Source: Octopus vulgaris
Taxonomy: Eukaryota
Assembly: GCA_951406725.2 (NCBI GenBank)
Contig: OX597824.1
Location: 26,784,001 to 26,848,000 of the forward strand
DNA length: 64,000 bases
Reading direction: 5' to 3'
In this document: one piece after another, positions 25,652-39,377 of the stretch
Layout of the letters: each line of letters starts with the position of its first letter
Numbering within the stretch: position 1 is the first letter of the stretch
Program-made: the position numbers and the translations under genes
Notes under the pieces: model-generated
What the model saw: the letters and a program-made list of their open reading frames with translations, nothing else
Told to the model about the DNA's origin: nothing
Databases searched by the model: none

Positions 25652-27402
25652 GAACTGTTAACTAGTACCAATAAAGGACATAATTACACCTCTTGATAGT
25701 CGTTCTATCTGCGAGCAGTAGCAGATAAATTTTTCTCAGATGAAATCCTACCGTCAATTATAAAAGAAAAAGAATCAATAACATTGGATAATATAGTCCT
25801 ATATATACTATACCTGCAAAAGCAACGGATTGATCCTGTTTGTACACAGAATCGTCTGGAAAAATTCGGCACTGATTCTCTATCAACTGAATAAATCTAT
25901 GGCTCACTTCTTGTGCTCACGCCGCTTCATCAACCAACAGGAGGTGGATGCTTCATTCACAAAAAAAAAAAAAAGTTCCTCATCTCGAAGGACAAGAAAC
26001 GGGATGGGATCAAAGAACTGGCAAAAACGTGGCAAAAAACTGGCAAAAACGTGGCTTCGAACTCTGCAACACGATGGCCTCTACTTTGAACACTAGGTTT
26101 CTTTTGTTGGAAATTGACGGATATGGCAAATAAGTTACCAAAATACTGCAAAACTTTTGACTCAACACGATATTTTCGACGTGATTAGCGATAATAACTA
26201 TTCAATGGGCTTTCATGCACTTTCTGTTTACCAAATTCTCTCACAAGGTATTGGTCGAACAGGAAGTATAGTAGAATATACTTGTTCAAGCTGTCGCGCC
26301 GTGAGAGTAAATCAAATATCATGTGTTTCTTAACTCCACAATTCTTAACTAAATAATACTATTTCGCATTTATGCTGTCTTGACATAGAATCTTTCATTT
26401 GCATTAGGCTATTGAACAGTTCATATTAATTGCTGATAGGGACAATGGATTTCGTTATGCAACCATAATATACTATAAAGTGTATTAAAGGGTTATAATT
26501 CAGTACGTTGTCCTACCTGTGTTAGCACTGCAATTCGTCCACATTTTAAAAGAGCAAATAACTCCTGGAATATGCATATACACCCATTACCTATTATATC
26601 GCACTGTTTACATAGACGCACTGTTTACATAGACGTATTCGTATACGAAACATTGTAACTGCCAGTGCTGGCTCTAAATTCTATTGAAAATCTGTAGACA
26701 TAACTTTCAAAAGTGAATCAATAGTTCAATCTCAAAAGGTTTGTTCTGATAAATGGTATTATTGTATAGTGAAACTGTACACCCCTCATGGTAAAAAGTG
26801 GTAGTAGCTAGCCATTATAAATAGACCAGTATCCGGTTGACAGAAGAAGTTCAGGAAGGTCGAGAGTACGTGTAGACTGTGTTGATAGTCGTGTCTGTGC
26901 TGATATAGTAATTATACTGTGGTACTGAGTGGACGTTATATCGATCCAACCTTTGGAGAGTAATAACACTGTACAGTGTTATATAGAACCATTCTATACA
27001 GTGCCAGATAGAACCATTCTATCGACAACTTCGGAATATAATATCTGACAGAGCGACCACTGTCGTCAAAAAACAGATACAACAGTGGCAAAAGATCATT
27101 TTACATCAGGTACTTCTTGCATTTCAGCATTTTATCTTTGACTTATTTAATCTCACACTCAACGTCCATCGACAACACCTTCATTGCTCAAGACAGCGGT
27201 AAGCCTATAGGAGGATGCTCGTCATGGTAGAAGTAGCTACGACATCACACTTACATCACACACACAAGCGTCCGGAAAAAAAATTGATAGTTACGACTGT
27301 AGTATATATATTCTCATGGTTCGTCTTCTCTGTCTGAGCTGACCTGCATCGAAGAAATAACAACAACAACACCATTTTCTCTCTTTTCTTATAAATTTTA
27401 TC

Positions 27403-27574
27403 TTTTACTTGTTTCAGTCATTGGAAGGCCATGCTGGGGCAGGCACCTCCTTGAAGGGTTTAGTCGAACAAATCAAGCCCAGTACTCGTTTCTTAAGTTC
27501 GGTACTTAATCTATCGGTCTTTTACCAAACTACTAATTTACGGGGACGTAAACAAACCTAAACCAGATATCAAG

Positions 27575-27645
<71 letters not shown>

Positions 27646-27740
27646 ACACACAGATACACATATTCCATCTAAAAGTTCATTCACAAAGCATCTTGCCCTA
27701 GATGTTACGCGGTGGGACTGAACCCGAAATCACGTGGTCT
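27403..27740 (-). mobile_element. SINE family A copy (diverged)
   Basis: ttttacttgtttcagtcatt...ggccatgctgg tail and gtgggactgaaccc head in reverse orientation. Confidence 0.65.
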
Positions 27741-27904
27741 TCTTTAAACTAGATATTTTATTATTGTCACTACCCATCCACTTACCCGTTTCTTTTCTTT
27801 TTCCATATTACATCTTTTTTTCGACGTAGCATCGTCTTCCTATTCACCCGTGTCTCTTTTCCTTCCACTCTCCCTCCTCCAACTCTCTCTTTACTCTCTC
27901 TCTT

Positions 27905-27949
<45 letters not shown>

Positions 27950-28113
27950 CTGTCTGTTTCTGTCTCTGTCTCTCTTTCTCTCTGTCTTCCTCCTTCTGTT
28001 TTGCAATCTACGTATCAATCATCGATCTATATCACTGTTATAATGTATAAAATGACTGAAACGAAATGACACGTCAAAAGATGAAGCAAGGTGTTCGTGT
28101 GTGTGTATATGTA

Positions 28114-28200
<87 letters not shown>

Positions 28201-28345
28201 ATATATATATACACACACACAAACGCACACACACACACACACATATATATAAATTCGCGTGTTTATATGTATATAAGTATTATATGTACGTATTCTTTAT
28301 AGTAAATGCATTCATATTGAATATGAATGTAATTATTTTAATGCA

Positions 28346-28380
<35 letters not shown>

Positions 28381-28520
28381 TTAGATATATATATACATAC
28401 ATACATATATATATACTTACATATATACAAATGTATATATATATACGTATATCTGTAGGTATAACATATATATATATATGTATATATATATGTAAGTATA
28501 TGTATATATATATATGCATG

Positions 28521-28571
<51 letters not shown>

Positions 28572-28740
28572 TAGATATTTGTATATATATAGATATATGT
28601 ATGTATGTATATATATATATATATATGATCCCCCACCATCTACTCATTCATTCCGTCCCCACCCCGTCTTTCCCCCACTTACCCATCCGTCTCTCCATCC
28701 ATCCAACCACACGTCTATCTTTCCGCTCCAACCCCTTCAG

Positions 28741-28859
28741 ATGGAGACACAGTTTTATATAGATAACGCCGAAGTCTCGTTCGTTGATCCACTCACGGCA
28801 ATTCTTGAGCCGACATTATCGTCTGCTTATTGTCTGCTATTTCCTGATCGGCAGCCATT
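28741..28859 (+). other. Candidate spliced exon (119 nt)
   Basis: Long pyrimidine-rich tract ending ccccttcag| and donor-like att|gtatgt; one open frame [39 protein letters not shown] with no recognisable homology. Confidence 0.3.
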
Positions 28860-29452
28860 GTATGTATTTATTCTTAAAGATTCACAAACTATTGCAACAT
28901 CCTATAGTTACGAACGAAACTCGTATTTATTATATTTTCTTTCATTTTTCTTATTTTATTCATCATTATATATTTTCTACTTCCTGCTGTCTTTTTTTTT
29001 TTCATACTAGTTATTTTCTATTCTTTCATTACGTTTTATTATTTTTTCTCCTTATAAATATCCATTACATTATATCGTTGTTGTTGCTTATTCTTCGATG
29101 GTGTGGTTGCCATTATCATTCTGTCCCTCTCCAACTATTTCCTATTCCATTTTTTCGTAGTTTTTCTTTCCTTCTTATCCAGTTCATACTACTTTCCTCT
29201 CCTCCACCCCGTTCCTTTATTCTACCTTATATTCTTTACCTCTTTCCTTCTATCTTTCTTTCTATTTATTTTTCGTGATTATTTCTTTCCTATTCTTCTT
29301 TCTTTCTATTCTTTTCTTTTTATACTTTTGTCCGAATATATTCAACACCCTGTTATCCTCCGTCAATTTCCTCTCGTATCTCTCCCCACCTTCTTCTCCC
29401 TCTTCATATTTCTCCCCCTCTTTTTCTCACTATCTGTCCATCTCTCTCCTTT

Positions 29453-29487
<35 letters not shown>

Positions 29488-29926
29488 CCTACTTTCTTTC
29501 TCAGACTCGTTCTCTCATTCCCCGCTCTTTCGCAGTCTCCCTCTCTCGCTTTCTCTCTATCTATGAATTTCTGTTCCTCGCTCTTTCATTTCTCTATCTT
29601 TTATTATTTCTACTCGCCTCTCTTTCTTATTACATATTGGTCTGCTTCAGTCTTCGTCTCTCTCTCTTTCTTTCATTTTCCCTCTCTCGCTCTGTGTCTC
29701 TTTATCTCTCTCAATATATATATATATATAATGCTTTATTTGAACATCATATATTCCAGCATCTCTCTTGGTATCTTGTACTCTCCTTAATCCTTCGCAC
29801 ACATACGCGCCTATGCACCCCCTTCTCTCTTCCTGTGTTTATCTTTTTCTGCCGCATCTCTCCATTCTTCTTCGTCCTTCTCTTCCTACATCTTCACTCT
29901 CTCTATCTCTCTCTCGTTTTCTATCA

Positions 29927-29971
<45 letters not shown>

Positions 29972-30084
29972 CACTCCATTTGTCTCTCGAGTTACCCCGA
30001 AAGAGCTGGAAACGAATTTTAATTCATGTTAATCAGAGAATGGACCACATATGATTGACGAGGTGTTGCAAGATAGCAATCACA

Positions 30085-30146
<62 letters not shown>

Positions 30147-30793
30147 CACCCTCACACACACGCACACACACACACTCACACAAACAAACAAACAAATACA
30201 CACACACACAAACACATGCAGTCAGACACAGACACAGATACACACAGACACACATACACACAGATGCATCCACGGCCACACGCACGCTTACAAGTACGTA
30301 CTCTGAGACACAGACGTACACTCACACAGTCAGACACACACTCATATACTTAGAAATATACGCATACACACACACACACATCAGACACACACACATCAGA
30401 CACACACACATCAGACACACATAAAATACGTCACTTAAAACAGATCCTGTACGCACATACATTCATACACGGTAATACGGGCGTGCATAGACGTACGTAC
30501 GCATACAGTATACAGTCCTATAAAAAATCACATATCACACACACATACATGCATATGCACACACAAATATCCTTATGCAAATAAACAGACACTAGCATAC
30601 GCACACATACACTTATACACATACAAGCTTATACGCATCCAGAAATATAAACACATACAAAAATATATTTACAGAAGCAGAGATACACAGACACATGTCC
30701 ATACGCAAACAAACATATTTAAGCATACATACAAACACACTAACAGAAACACGAATACAAATACACGTAGACGCAGTCTTACTTGCATACATG

Positions 30794-31176
30794 GTGGAGG
30801 CGCAATGGCCCAGTGGTTAGGGCAGCGGACTCGCGGTCATAGGATCGTGGTTTCGATTCCCAGACCGGGCGTTGTGAGTGTTTATTGAGCGAAAACACCT
30901 AAAAGCTCCACGATGCTCCGGAAGGGATGGTAGTGATCCCTGCTGTACTCTTTCACCACAACTTTCTCTCACTCTTACTTCCTGTTTCTGTTGTACCTGT
31001 ATTTCAAGGGGCCGGCCTTGTCACTCTCTCTGTCACGCTGAATATCCCCGAGAACTAAGTTAAGGGTGCTCGTGTCTGTGGAGTGCTCAGCCACTTGCAC
31101 GTTAATTTCACGAGCAGGCTGTTCCGTTGATTCGGATCAACCGGAACCCTCATCGTCGTAACCGACGGAGTGCTTC
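30794..31176 (+). mobile_element. SINE family C, full length with 14-bp TSD
   Basis: TSD tacttgcatacatg at 30780-30793 and 31177-31190. Confidence 0.88.
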
Positions 31177-31199
31177 TACTTGCATACATGTATATAAAT

Positions 31200-31418
31200 A
31201 GAAGGAGGTGCTGAAAAATTCCTGACTTTTGGTAAAAGAAAATACAGGAGAACCAGTTTATAATGATTTTATTCATTATATTTCCTTCTCTGATTCGCAC
31301 ACTTATTCCAGCGGTTCTTCAGTTTTTTTTAAGTCCTGTAAAAGAACTTGGAAGTTTGGCCCTGGAACCAGGCCTTTTGCGATATCTTTAACGCCAGGAA
31401 TTTTTGAGCACTCCCTCG
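31200..31418. mobile_element. Mariner-type MITE (~220 bp)
   Basis: Imperfect TIRs gaaggaggtgctgaaaaattcctgac / gccaggaatttttgagcactccctcg. Confidence 0.65.
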
Positions 31419-31470
31419 TCTGTATGTGTGTGTGTATGTATAATATATACAATATATATATGTGTATGTA

Positions 31471-31510
<40 letters not shown>

Positions 31511-31519
31511 CATACATAC

Positions 31520-31552
<33 letters not shown>

Positions 31553-31575
31553 CATACATACATATATACACACAT

Positions 31576-31642
<67 letters not shown>

Positions 31643-31797
31643 CACATACATTCATAAATATATATGCATACGTGTATATATACATATAAATATATACATA
31701 TATACATATGTATATATATATATATATATAACACATACATATATATATACATACACACACATACACACAAACACACATATATGTATGCATATATATA

Positions 31798-31848
<51 letters not shown>

Positions 31849-31949
31849 CATACATATACGCACAGATACAAAGAAACACACAAATCTATCAATCCATTCG
31901 TCTAGAGGGATGGATGGTTAGGTAGACAGACAGGTAGGTAGACAACAGG

Positions 31950-32009
<60 letters not shown>

Positions 32010-32042
32010 CAGACAGAGAGACAGAGAGACAGACAGACAGAC

Positions 32043-32105
<63 letters not shown>

Positions 32106-32138
32106 CAGAGAGAGAGATAGAGAGACAGACAGACAGAC

Positions 32139-32209
<71 letters not shown>

Positions 32210-32620
32210 CAGAGAGACAGATAGATAAAACAATTTGAAGCGGTATTTACTCCGTACAGTACAGAAAACAAAACAATGTGCTGTACACTGGCTGCAATTC
32301 TTAAGGGATTTAACTTTTCGTTGATAATCTATTGATCACTTAGTAGGCATCATACATAGTGTTCAGATGAATTAGTGGTTTTTGTGTCAAAAAAACGTGT
32401 ACGGATCCCCTGAACTTGGACTCGTTCAGTAAACGTTTGCGTTTACTGGAAGTGACTGGCATCCCAGGGAAGTAGCATTTCTGTCTATTTCCCTTTCGAT
32501 TTGTTTCCTATACTTTCTTATTTTGCAACTCACTGCCGGTCCCATACTTTGGTTATTTGAAACACTTCTATTCTACAAACGCTTCGTTTTCCTAGAATAA
32601 AAAAAGAAAAAATTAAGATT

Positions 32621-32954
32621 CGTAGTGGCTGTTTGCTGAGAAGATTACTACCCAACCACATGGCTCTAGATTCAGTCCCACTACGTAGCACCTTGGGCAA
32701 GTGTCTTCTACTATGGCCACGGGCCGACCAAATCCTTATGAGCGGATATTGACGGAAACTGAAGAGAAGTTCGGTTTTTTTTCCCCTGTCTTCCCTTCTC
32801 GGGATCTTTCCTTCTCCTATGTTTCCGACGAAGAGCTCCGCTCGAAACTTCAAACCCTCCTTCTTCCCTTCTTTCCTGAGCGTCCAATAATACTTTATTT
32901 GTTCCACGTCCTTGCGTTGTTGTTTTTTGGTTTTTGTTTTCTTGTTTGGATTAA

Positions 32955-32986
<32 letters not shown>

Positions 32987-33180
32987 TTATATGTGTGTGT
33001 CTGTTTCCCTACCCCACCATCGCTCGATGTTCCTGTAACTTAGCGATTCGGCATAGAGATCGATAATAGAATAAGTACCGGGCTTACAAAGAATAAGCCA
33101 GATCTGAAGAACTAAATACTGGGGGGGGGGGGGCGATTTTTCCGACTAAACCCTTCAAGGCTGTTCCCTAACACGAGCCC
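32621..33180 (+). mobile_element. SINE family A copy hosting a nested hammerhead-bearing repeat
   Basis: Head caaccacatggctctagattcagtcccact, interrupted after ggaaactgaaga, resumes at tgtgtctgtttcccta. Confidence 0.65.
32775..32956 (+). mobile_element. Hammerhead-bearing repeat family 1, copy 2
   Basis: gttt-CCGACGA-a-gagc-tcc-gctc-GAAA-cttc-aaac at 32821-32855; 3' end ggattaac followed by (TA)n. Confidence 0.72.
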
Positions 33181-33646
33181 AGTTTAATAATATATGATAC
33201 CCACCTAAACACCACCACCCCACACACACGCACAAATACAAAGAAAATGTACCTCACGCAGTCACACATGAATTAGCGCACGATGAAGCTGTGAGGAATT
33301 CGCTATTATTAATATGGCGGATAAAGAAAGGGATAGGGAAAAGAATGAAGTTTGAGAGAAAGAGAGAAAGAGAGAGACGGGGGAGGAGGAATGAAAGAGA
33401 GGCAAAATAAAATAGAAAGGAAGAAGGAGGTGAGAGAATGATATGTGATGTTGAAATGAAAATTATGTGTCGTAAAATTAGATAAGGTAAATATAGTTAT
33501 TACGGTTTGCTGAAAATGTTGTCTCGTCGCTTTCGTTGTTATTTATTCTGTTGCCGTAATTGTTTAGTAACCTTCCAGTCCTGTCTGTGTTAGACCGAGC
33601 ATAGTAGTTATTCCATTCTGTTGTTTAACATGTCTGGAACTACATT

Positions 33647-34875
33647 GAAGGCGGCGAGCTGGCGGAATCTTTAAGACGCCGGCGAGCTTGCAGAAAAACG
33701 TTAACGCGCCGGGCGAAATGCGTTGTCGTATTTCGTCTGCCGTTATGTTCTGAGTTCAAATTCCGCCGAGGTCGACTTTGCCTTTCATCCTTTCTGGGTC
33801 GATTAAATAAGTACCACCAGTTACGCATTGGGGTCGATATAATAGACTTAATCCGTTTGTCTGTCATTGTTTCTCCCCTCTGTGTTTAGCCCCTTGTGGG
33901 CAATAAAGAAATATGTATTTCGTCTGTCTTCACGTTCTTAGTTCAAATTCCGCCGAGGTCGACTTTGCCCTTTCATCATTTCGGGGTCGATAAACTAAGT
34001 ACCTGTAGCATACTGCGGTCGATCTATTCGACTGGTCCCCTCCCCCAAAATTTCAGGCCTTGTGCCTAGAGTAGAAAACAATATGTCTAGAAGGCGGCGA
34101 GCTGGTGGAATCGTTAGCACACCGGGTGAAATGCATAGCAGTATTTCATCCGTCTTTACATTTTGAGTTCAAATTTTACTTAGGTCGACGAGCACTGGGG
34201 TCGAAAGTAATCGTCTTACCCCTTCCACCGAAGTTGTTAGTCTTCTGCTGAAATTTGAAAGCAATATATCTAGAACTGGAGTGAAGGCGGCGAGCTGGCA
34301 GAATCGCTAGCAGGCCGGACAAAATGCTTAGCGGAATTTCGTCTGCCATTACGTTCTGAGTTCAAATTCCGCTGAGGTCGACTTTGCCTTTCATCCTTTC
34401 GGGGTCGATAAGTTAAGTACCAGTTACACACTGGGGTCGATGTAATCAACTTAATCCGTTAGTCTGTCCTTGTTTGTTCTCTTTGTATTTAGCCCCTTGT
34501 GGGTAGTAAAGAAATAGGTATTTCGTCTGCCGCTTCGTCTAAGTTCATATTCCTCCGAGGCCGACATTGTTTTTCACCCTTTCTGGGTCGATAAATTAAG
34601 TACCAGCGGTACACTGGTGTCGATGTAATCGACTTATCCCCTTCCTCCAAATTTCAGGCCTTGTGCCTATAGAAAAGAATCTGTAGCACGCCGGGAAAAA
34701 TGCTTAGCGGCGTTTCATCCGTCTTTACATTTTGAGTTCAAATTCAACCGAGGTCGACTTTGCTTTTTTATACTTTCGGGGTCGATAAATCATGTATTTG
34801 TTGAGCATGGGAGTCGCATATAATCGACTAATCCCCTCCACCAAAGTTGCTGGCCTTATGCCAAAATGTGAAGAT
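33647..34875 (+). mobile_element. Cluster of head-to-tail SINE family B copies and fragments
   Basis: aaggcggcgagctgg at ~33648, 34091 and 34284, and several gttcaaatt...gaggtcgac cores, all in the same orientation. Confidence 0.8.
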
Positions 34876-34924
34876 AATATACCTACATTAATAAACAAGG
34901 TTTATTTATTTATCTATTTTTTTT

Positions 34925-35266
34925 TACTTGTTTCGGTCCTTGAACGGTGGCCATACTGGGGCACCGCCTTAATAGGTTTTTGTCGAAGAACTCGTACTGA
35001 CTGCATCACTCTCTATGCTGAATCGCTATGTTACGAGAACGAGAACAAACCAACACCAGTCCAGCGGTTGAAGAACAAGCACAAACTCAAAGACACGCAC
35101 ACATAGGCTTCTACGCAATTTCTATTTACCAAAATTCACTCAGAAGATATTTGGTCCGGGGCTATAATAAAAAAAAGTGCAGCCCAAGTCTCAGGCCGTG
35201 GTATTGAACCCGTAACCAAGATGTTACAAGGAAAGCTTCTTAACCACACAGCTATCCCAGCGCCTA
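34925..35266 (-). mobile_element. SINE family A copy (old)
   Basis: ttacttgtttcggtc...ggccatactggggcaccgcctt tail; cttaaccacacagct head. Confidence 0.6.
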
Positions 35267-35469
35267 TATTAGAAAAAAAAAAGAAAAGAATATATTACTC
35301 TTGTTATAGCCCAGGCTTGTTTTGAAGATTACATAGGACAACAATATGCCTCACTTTTTTTTGTTTTCCTAAGAAAAATACGTTTTGTGGGAGATTTAGC
35401 TGCTATTCTTAGCAATTCCATTGACCACATGGATCATCAATCGCGATTCGCAGTGTTGCTTTCAACGAT

Positions 35470-35583
35470 ATTAGTAGTAATGGTAGTAGCAGTAGCAGCA
35501 TCAACAACAACAGTGCAGAAGCAATATTACTAGTAGCATTAGTAGTAGTATTTGTAGTAGTAGTTATAGTAGTAGTAGAAGTG

Positions 35584-35616
<33 letters not shown>

Positions 35617-35715
35617 AAATTTGTTGGATTAGTAGTTGTAGTAGAGGTTGTGGTGGCGGTGGTAGTAGCAGTTGTGGTGGTGGTAGTTGTAACAGTAGCA
35701 GCAGAAGAAGAAGCT

Positions 35716-35755
<40 letters not shown>

Positions 35756-36010
35756 CTGTAGTAGTAGTAGTAGTAGTTGTAGTAGTAGCGACAACAGTAG
35801 TAGTGGCAGCGGCGATTTTGGTGGTCGTGGCGACTTTGGTGGTAGTGTTGGTGATGGTAGTGGTGGTCGAGTCGGTGTCGGTGGTGGTGGTGGTGGTGGT
35901 GGTGATGATGAGGGGTGATGCTGTTGTTGTTGTTGTTGTTGTTCTTGGTGGTGGTTTGTGGTGGTGATGGTGGTAATGATGATGGTGGTGGCGGTGCTGG
36001 TAGTGGTTGT
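35470..36010. repeat. (GTA/GTG/GTT)n compound microsatellite
   Basis: Visible periodicity. Confidence 0.88.
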
Positions 36011-36329
36011 GTATTAGCCATGAGTCTCGTTCATTGCTGTAAATATGTCATTTATTAAGAAGTGTGGCGTCGAAACAAACCTGCAAATAAAAATGTATAC
36101 ATATATATATATATAAAATTAAAAAGAACCCCAAACAAATACAAACAAAAAACAACAACATATAAATGAATGGTTGCAAGATGGTAGCAGGCTTTAGATG
36201 ATGGAGACATGAATTGTATGACCGGAAATTGGAGTGTATTGTGGGTCCTGTTGGTGGAGGATGGGTAAAAACTGAAAATGAAGGTGAGGAGGGGGTGAAA
36301 AATAACGCTGTGAAAAATCAGAGACGAAG

Positions 36330-37276
36330 AGTATGAGGGAGACAGGGAGAGAGAGAGAGAGAGGGAATGATAGAACGAGACAGGGATAGAGAGAGGTGAG
36401 AGACTGGTAGAAAGAGAGAGAAAGAGAAAGGGAGAAAGAAAACGGTAGAGAGAGAAAGGAGAGAGAGGGAGCAGTAGAGAGAAAGAGAGTGTTAGAGCAA
36501 GAGAGAGCGCAAGAATGGGCGAGTAAGTAGGAGAGAGAGGGAGAGTGAGAAAAAGAGAGAGCGCTAGAGCGAGCGAGTGAGAGAGAGAGTGTGTGTTAGA
36601 GCGAGCGAGCAAGAGAGAGAGAGAGAGAGAGTGAGTAAGGGAGAGAGGTAGTGCGCTAGAGCGAGCGAGCGAGCGAGAGAGAGAGAGCGCTTGAGCGAGT
36701 GAGCGAGAGAGTGAGAGAGAGAGAGAGTTAGAAGAAAGCAGAGGACTAGAAAGAGACAAGAGAGAGACAGCGGTGAGATATAATGAATGAAAATGAGAGG
36801 AAGATCGTAGAGCGACAGAGAAAGAGAGAGACATAGAGAAAGAGAGAGAGATGAGTGAGAGTCGACAGAGAAAGCATTGAGATAGATAAAAAGACAGATG
36901 GAAATAGAGAGAGTAGAGAGAGTAGACAGAAGAGAGAGGAGAGAGATTTTGTGTGAGTGAGGGAGAGAGAGAGAGAGAGACGAGGGAGATTTTGTGTGAG
37001 TGAAAGAGAAAGAGAGAGAGGGTGAGGAGAGAGATTTTTTGTGAGTGAGAGAGAGAGAGGAGGAGAGGAGAGAAAGCTTTTGCGTGAGTTTGTGAGAGAG
37101 AGAGACAGACAGATGAGAGAGAGAGAGTTTGTGAGCGTATGTGTGTGAGTGTGTGTGTGTGTGAGTGAGAGAGAGAGTTTGTGAGCGTATGTGTGTGAGT
37201 GTGTGTGTGTGTGAGTGAGAGAGAGAGAGAGAGTGTAAGAGAAAAAGACATACGAGGTGAGACAGAATGTGAGTGG

Positions 37277-37325
<49 letters not shown>
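36330..37325. repeat. (GA)n/(GAGC)n-rich polypurine region
   Basis: Source of the spurious 450-aa Leu/Ser ORF. Confidence 0.88.
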
Positions 37326-37326
<1 letters not shown>

Positions 37327-37514
37327 TATAGTAACTTTTGGTGAAAGATAATGACAAATTATGTAAGAGTGAGAAGTTAAACGAGATTTAAAGAGAGAAA
37401 ATTTCAAATACGTGGAAGTGAGACGAGTGGCGAGTGGGAAAAGGAAGGCAGAATGAAGTAAAGAAAGAAGAAGAGAAGAAAGGAAATAAGAAAGCTACAA
37501 GGAAAAACCACATA

Positions 37515-37935
37515 TCGTGGATGTGTGATTAAGAAGCTTGCTTCCCAACGATGTGGTCTTAGGTTCAGTCCTACAGCGCGGCATCTTGGTTTGGTGTCTT
37601 TTGAAGCCCCGGGACGTCCAGTGCCTTGTGAGTAGATTTGGTAGACGTGCGTGCGTGTATGCGTGAATATAGATGTATGTAGATATGAATTTGTGTATGC
37701 ATCTCTGCGTAAGTGTCTTTGTGTTTGTATTGTGTTTTGTATCCATCACCACTGCTTGACAACCGGTGTTGGCTCGTCTACGTCTCCGTCGATTATCAGT
37801 TCGGCAATAGCGACCGATAGAATGGGCGTCAAACGTATAAAAAGAAAAAAAAATACTGGGTTCGATTCGTTCGAATAAAACCCTTCAAGACGGTGCCGAA
37901 GGCCAATGGCTAAGACAAATCAAACTGAAAAGAGT
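37515..37935 (+). mobile_element. SINE family A copy (old)
   Basis: ggttcagtcctacagcg, gccttgtgagtagatttggtagacg and gcttgacaaccggtg blocks. Confidence 0.6.
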
Positions 37936-38073
37936 GATACAGACTTGGGGTGAGGCTGATGGCGTTGCGAGATGATTCGTCCTATGTACACCTATTTGTT
38001 AACAGCGAGAAATTTCCTTCGTGATGAAATACAGTGAATGTCTTTCTTGCTGTTTAGCGTTGTCATCCCCATG

Positions 38074-38573
38074 CCGTAAATCCTCGAGTATAATCCACAC
38101 TTTTTTCCCAAAATTTAAAGGTAAAAATCCCTAGTGCGTGCTATATACGAGGTTAAAAATGAAAAATATTTTCTAAGCAATGTCCGAGTCTCTGCTGTCC
38201 GGCAATGTTTATTCAGACGCATTTTGTGATGTCGGGCGAGAAAATACCTTAAGCTAAGCCTGAAGGCAATGAAGTCATAAACGAATCATCCATAACTTGC
38301 AGTAAGTAACATTTATTAAAATAAAAGTATTCAGAACACAGAAGAACATGTAACAAAAACAATTTGCAAGCATATTTACATTCCCATATAACAGTTAAGA
38401 ACATCACCATTATTGTATTACGCATGCGCGGAAGTGCTTGTTTGACTAGGTGCCGCTGGCTTAATTACGCATGACTCATGTTAGAGAAGGGGTGCAGGTT
38501 TTTCAGAAGTACAGCCCCCTAAAAATTCCCTACGTATTATACACAAGGGCAGACGATACTCGAAGATTTACGG
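38074..38573. mobile_element. Tc1/mariner-superfamily MITE (Tc2/pogo-like CCGTA ends), 500 bp
   Basis: TIRs ccgtaaatcctcgagtat / atactcgaagatttacgg (1 mismatch in 18); TA at the right flank, TG at the left. Confidence 0.78.
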
Positions 38574-39263
38574 TATATATACATTTTTTGGTGTACATAG
38601 CGTTGCATTAAATAATGAGCTAGAAAACATATATAATACATGCACAAACAAACGAGAAACAGACATAGATGGTCGCCAGCTCCTCATTAGTTATCTGGCC
38701 AGCAGGTCAAACGCAATTTCGTGCCTAACGGATAATATTGCGTCGCCACTGGTGTCGTGGACAGGACAAGCCGATGAGAATTGGTGAGCCAAAAGACATG
38801 ACAGAAAGTCTACAAACATACAAGAATGCAATTCAGACAGTCGACATACAAAGGTGGAGTAAATGCAATACAAACCAAGACAATTATTGGGTGTCTGAGG
38901 CACAGAGAAGGAAACAACGGGACTGTGGGGCATACAAACGAATTGATATGAATAAAAGAACAAAATAAGGCTTCAGGGCCAAACAGGAGACGAAAGTATT
39001 CAAAGCTGGGAGAGTATCCTAAGGATACACAGCGAATAGTGATTAGAGCGGGAGACGAGAAAAATGCGACTGCTCGCTAGGTGAGCCGGTTGCGAAAATG
39101 AAGAGATGAGACAGGGACAACAGATCACGTGTCAGAAGTAGGAGAGGGGAATAAGCAGAAGGCAGAGAGAGAAGACCAAAGAACGTAACAGATAGCATAG
39201 AAAGGAGAGAGAGAGATACATACACATATATTTATATATATATACATACATACATATATATAT

Positions 39264-39377
<114 letters not shown>

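Noticed and set aside
26016-26056. Short tandem repeat tggcaaaaa(c/a) as a CRISPR-like array
   Set aside because: 12-bp contiguous units without spacers, in eukaryotic DNA; a simple minisatellite
36055-37407. 450-aa ORF, and all similar YI/CV/TH/LS, poly-H and poly-T ORFs
   Set aside because: These are translations of di- and trinucleotide microsatellites that lack stop codons; no domain content
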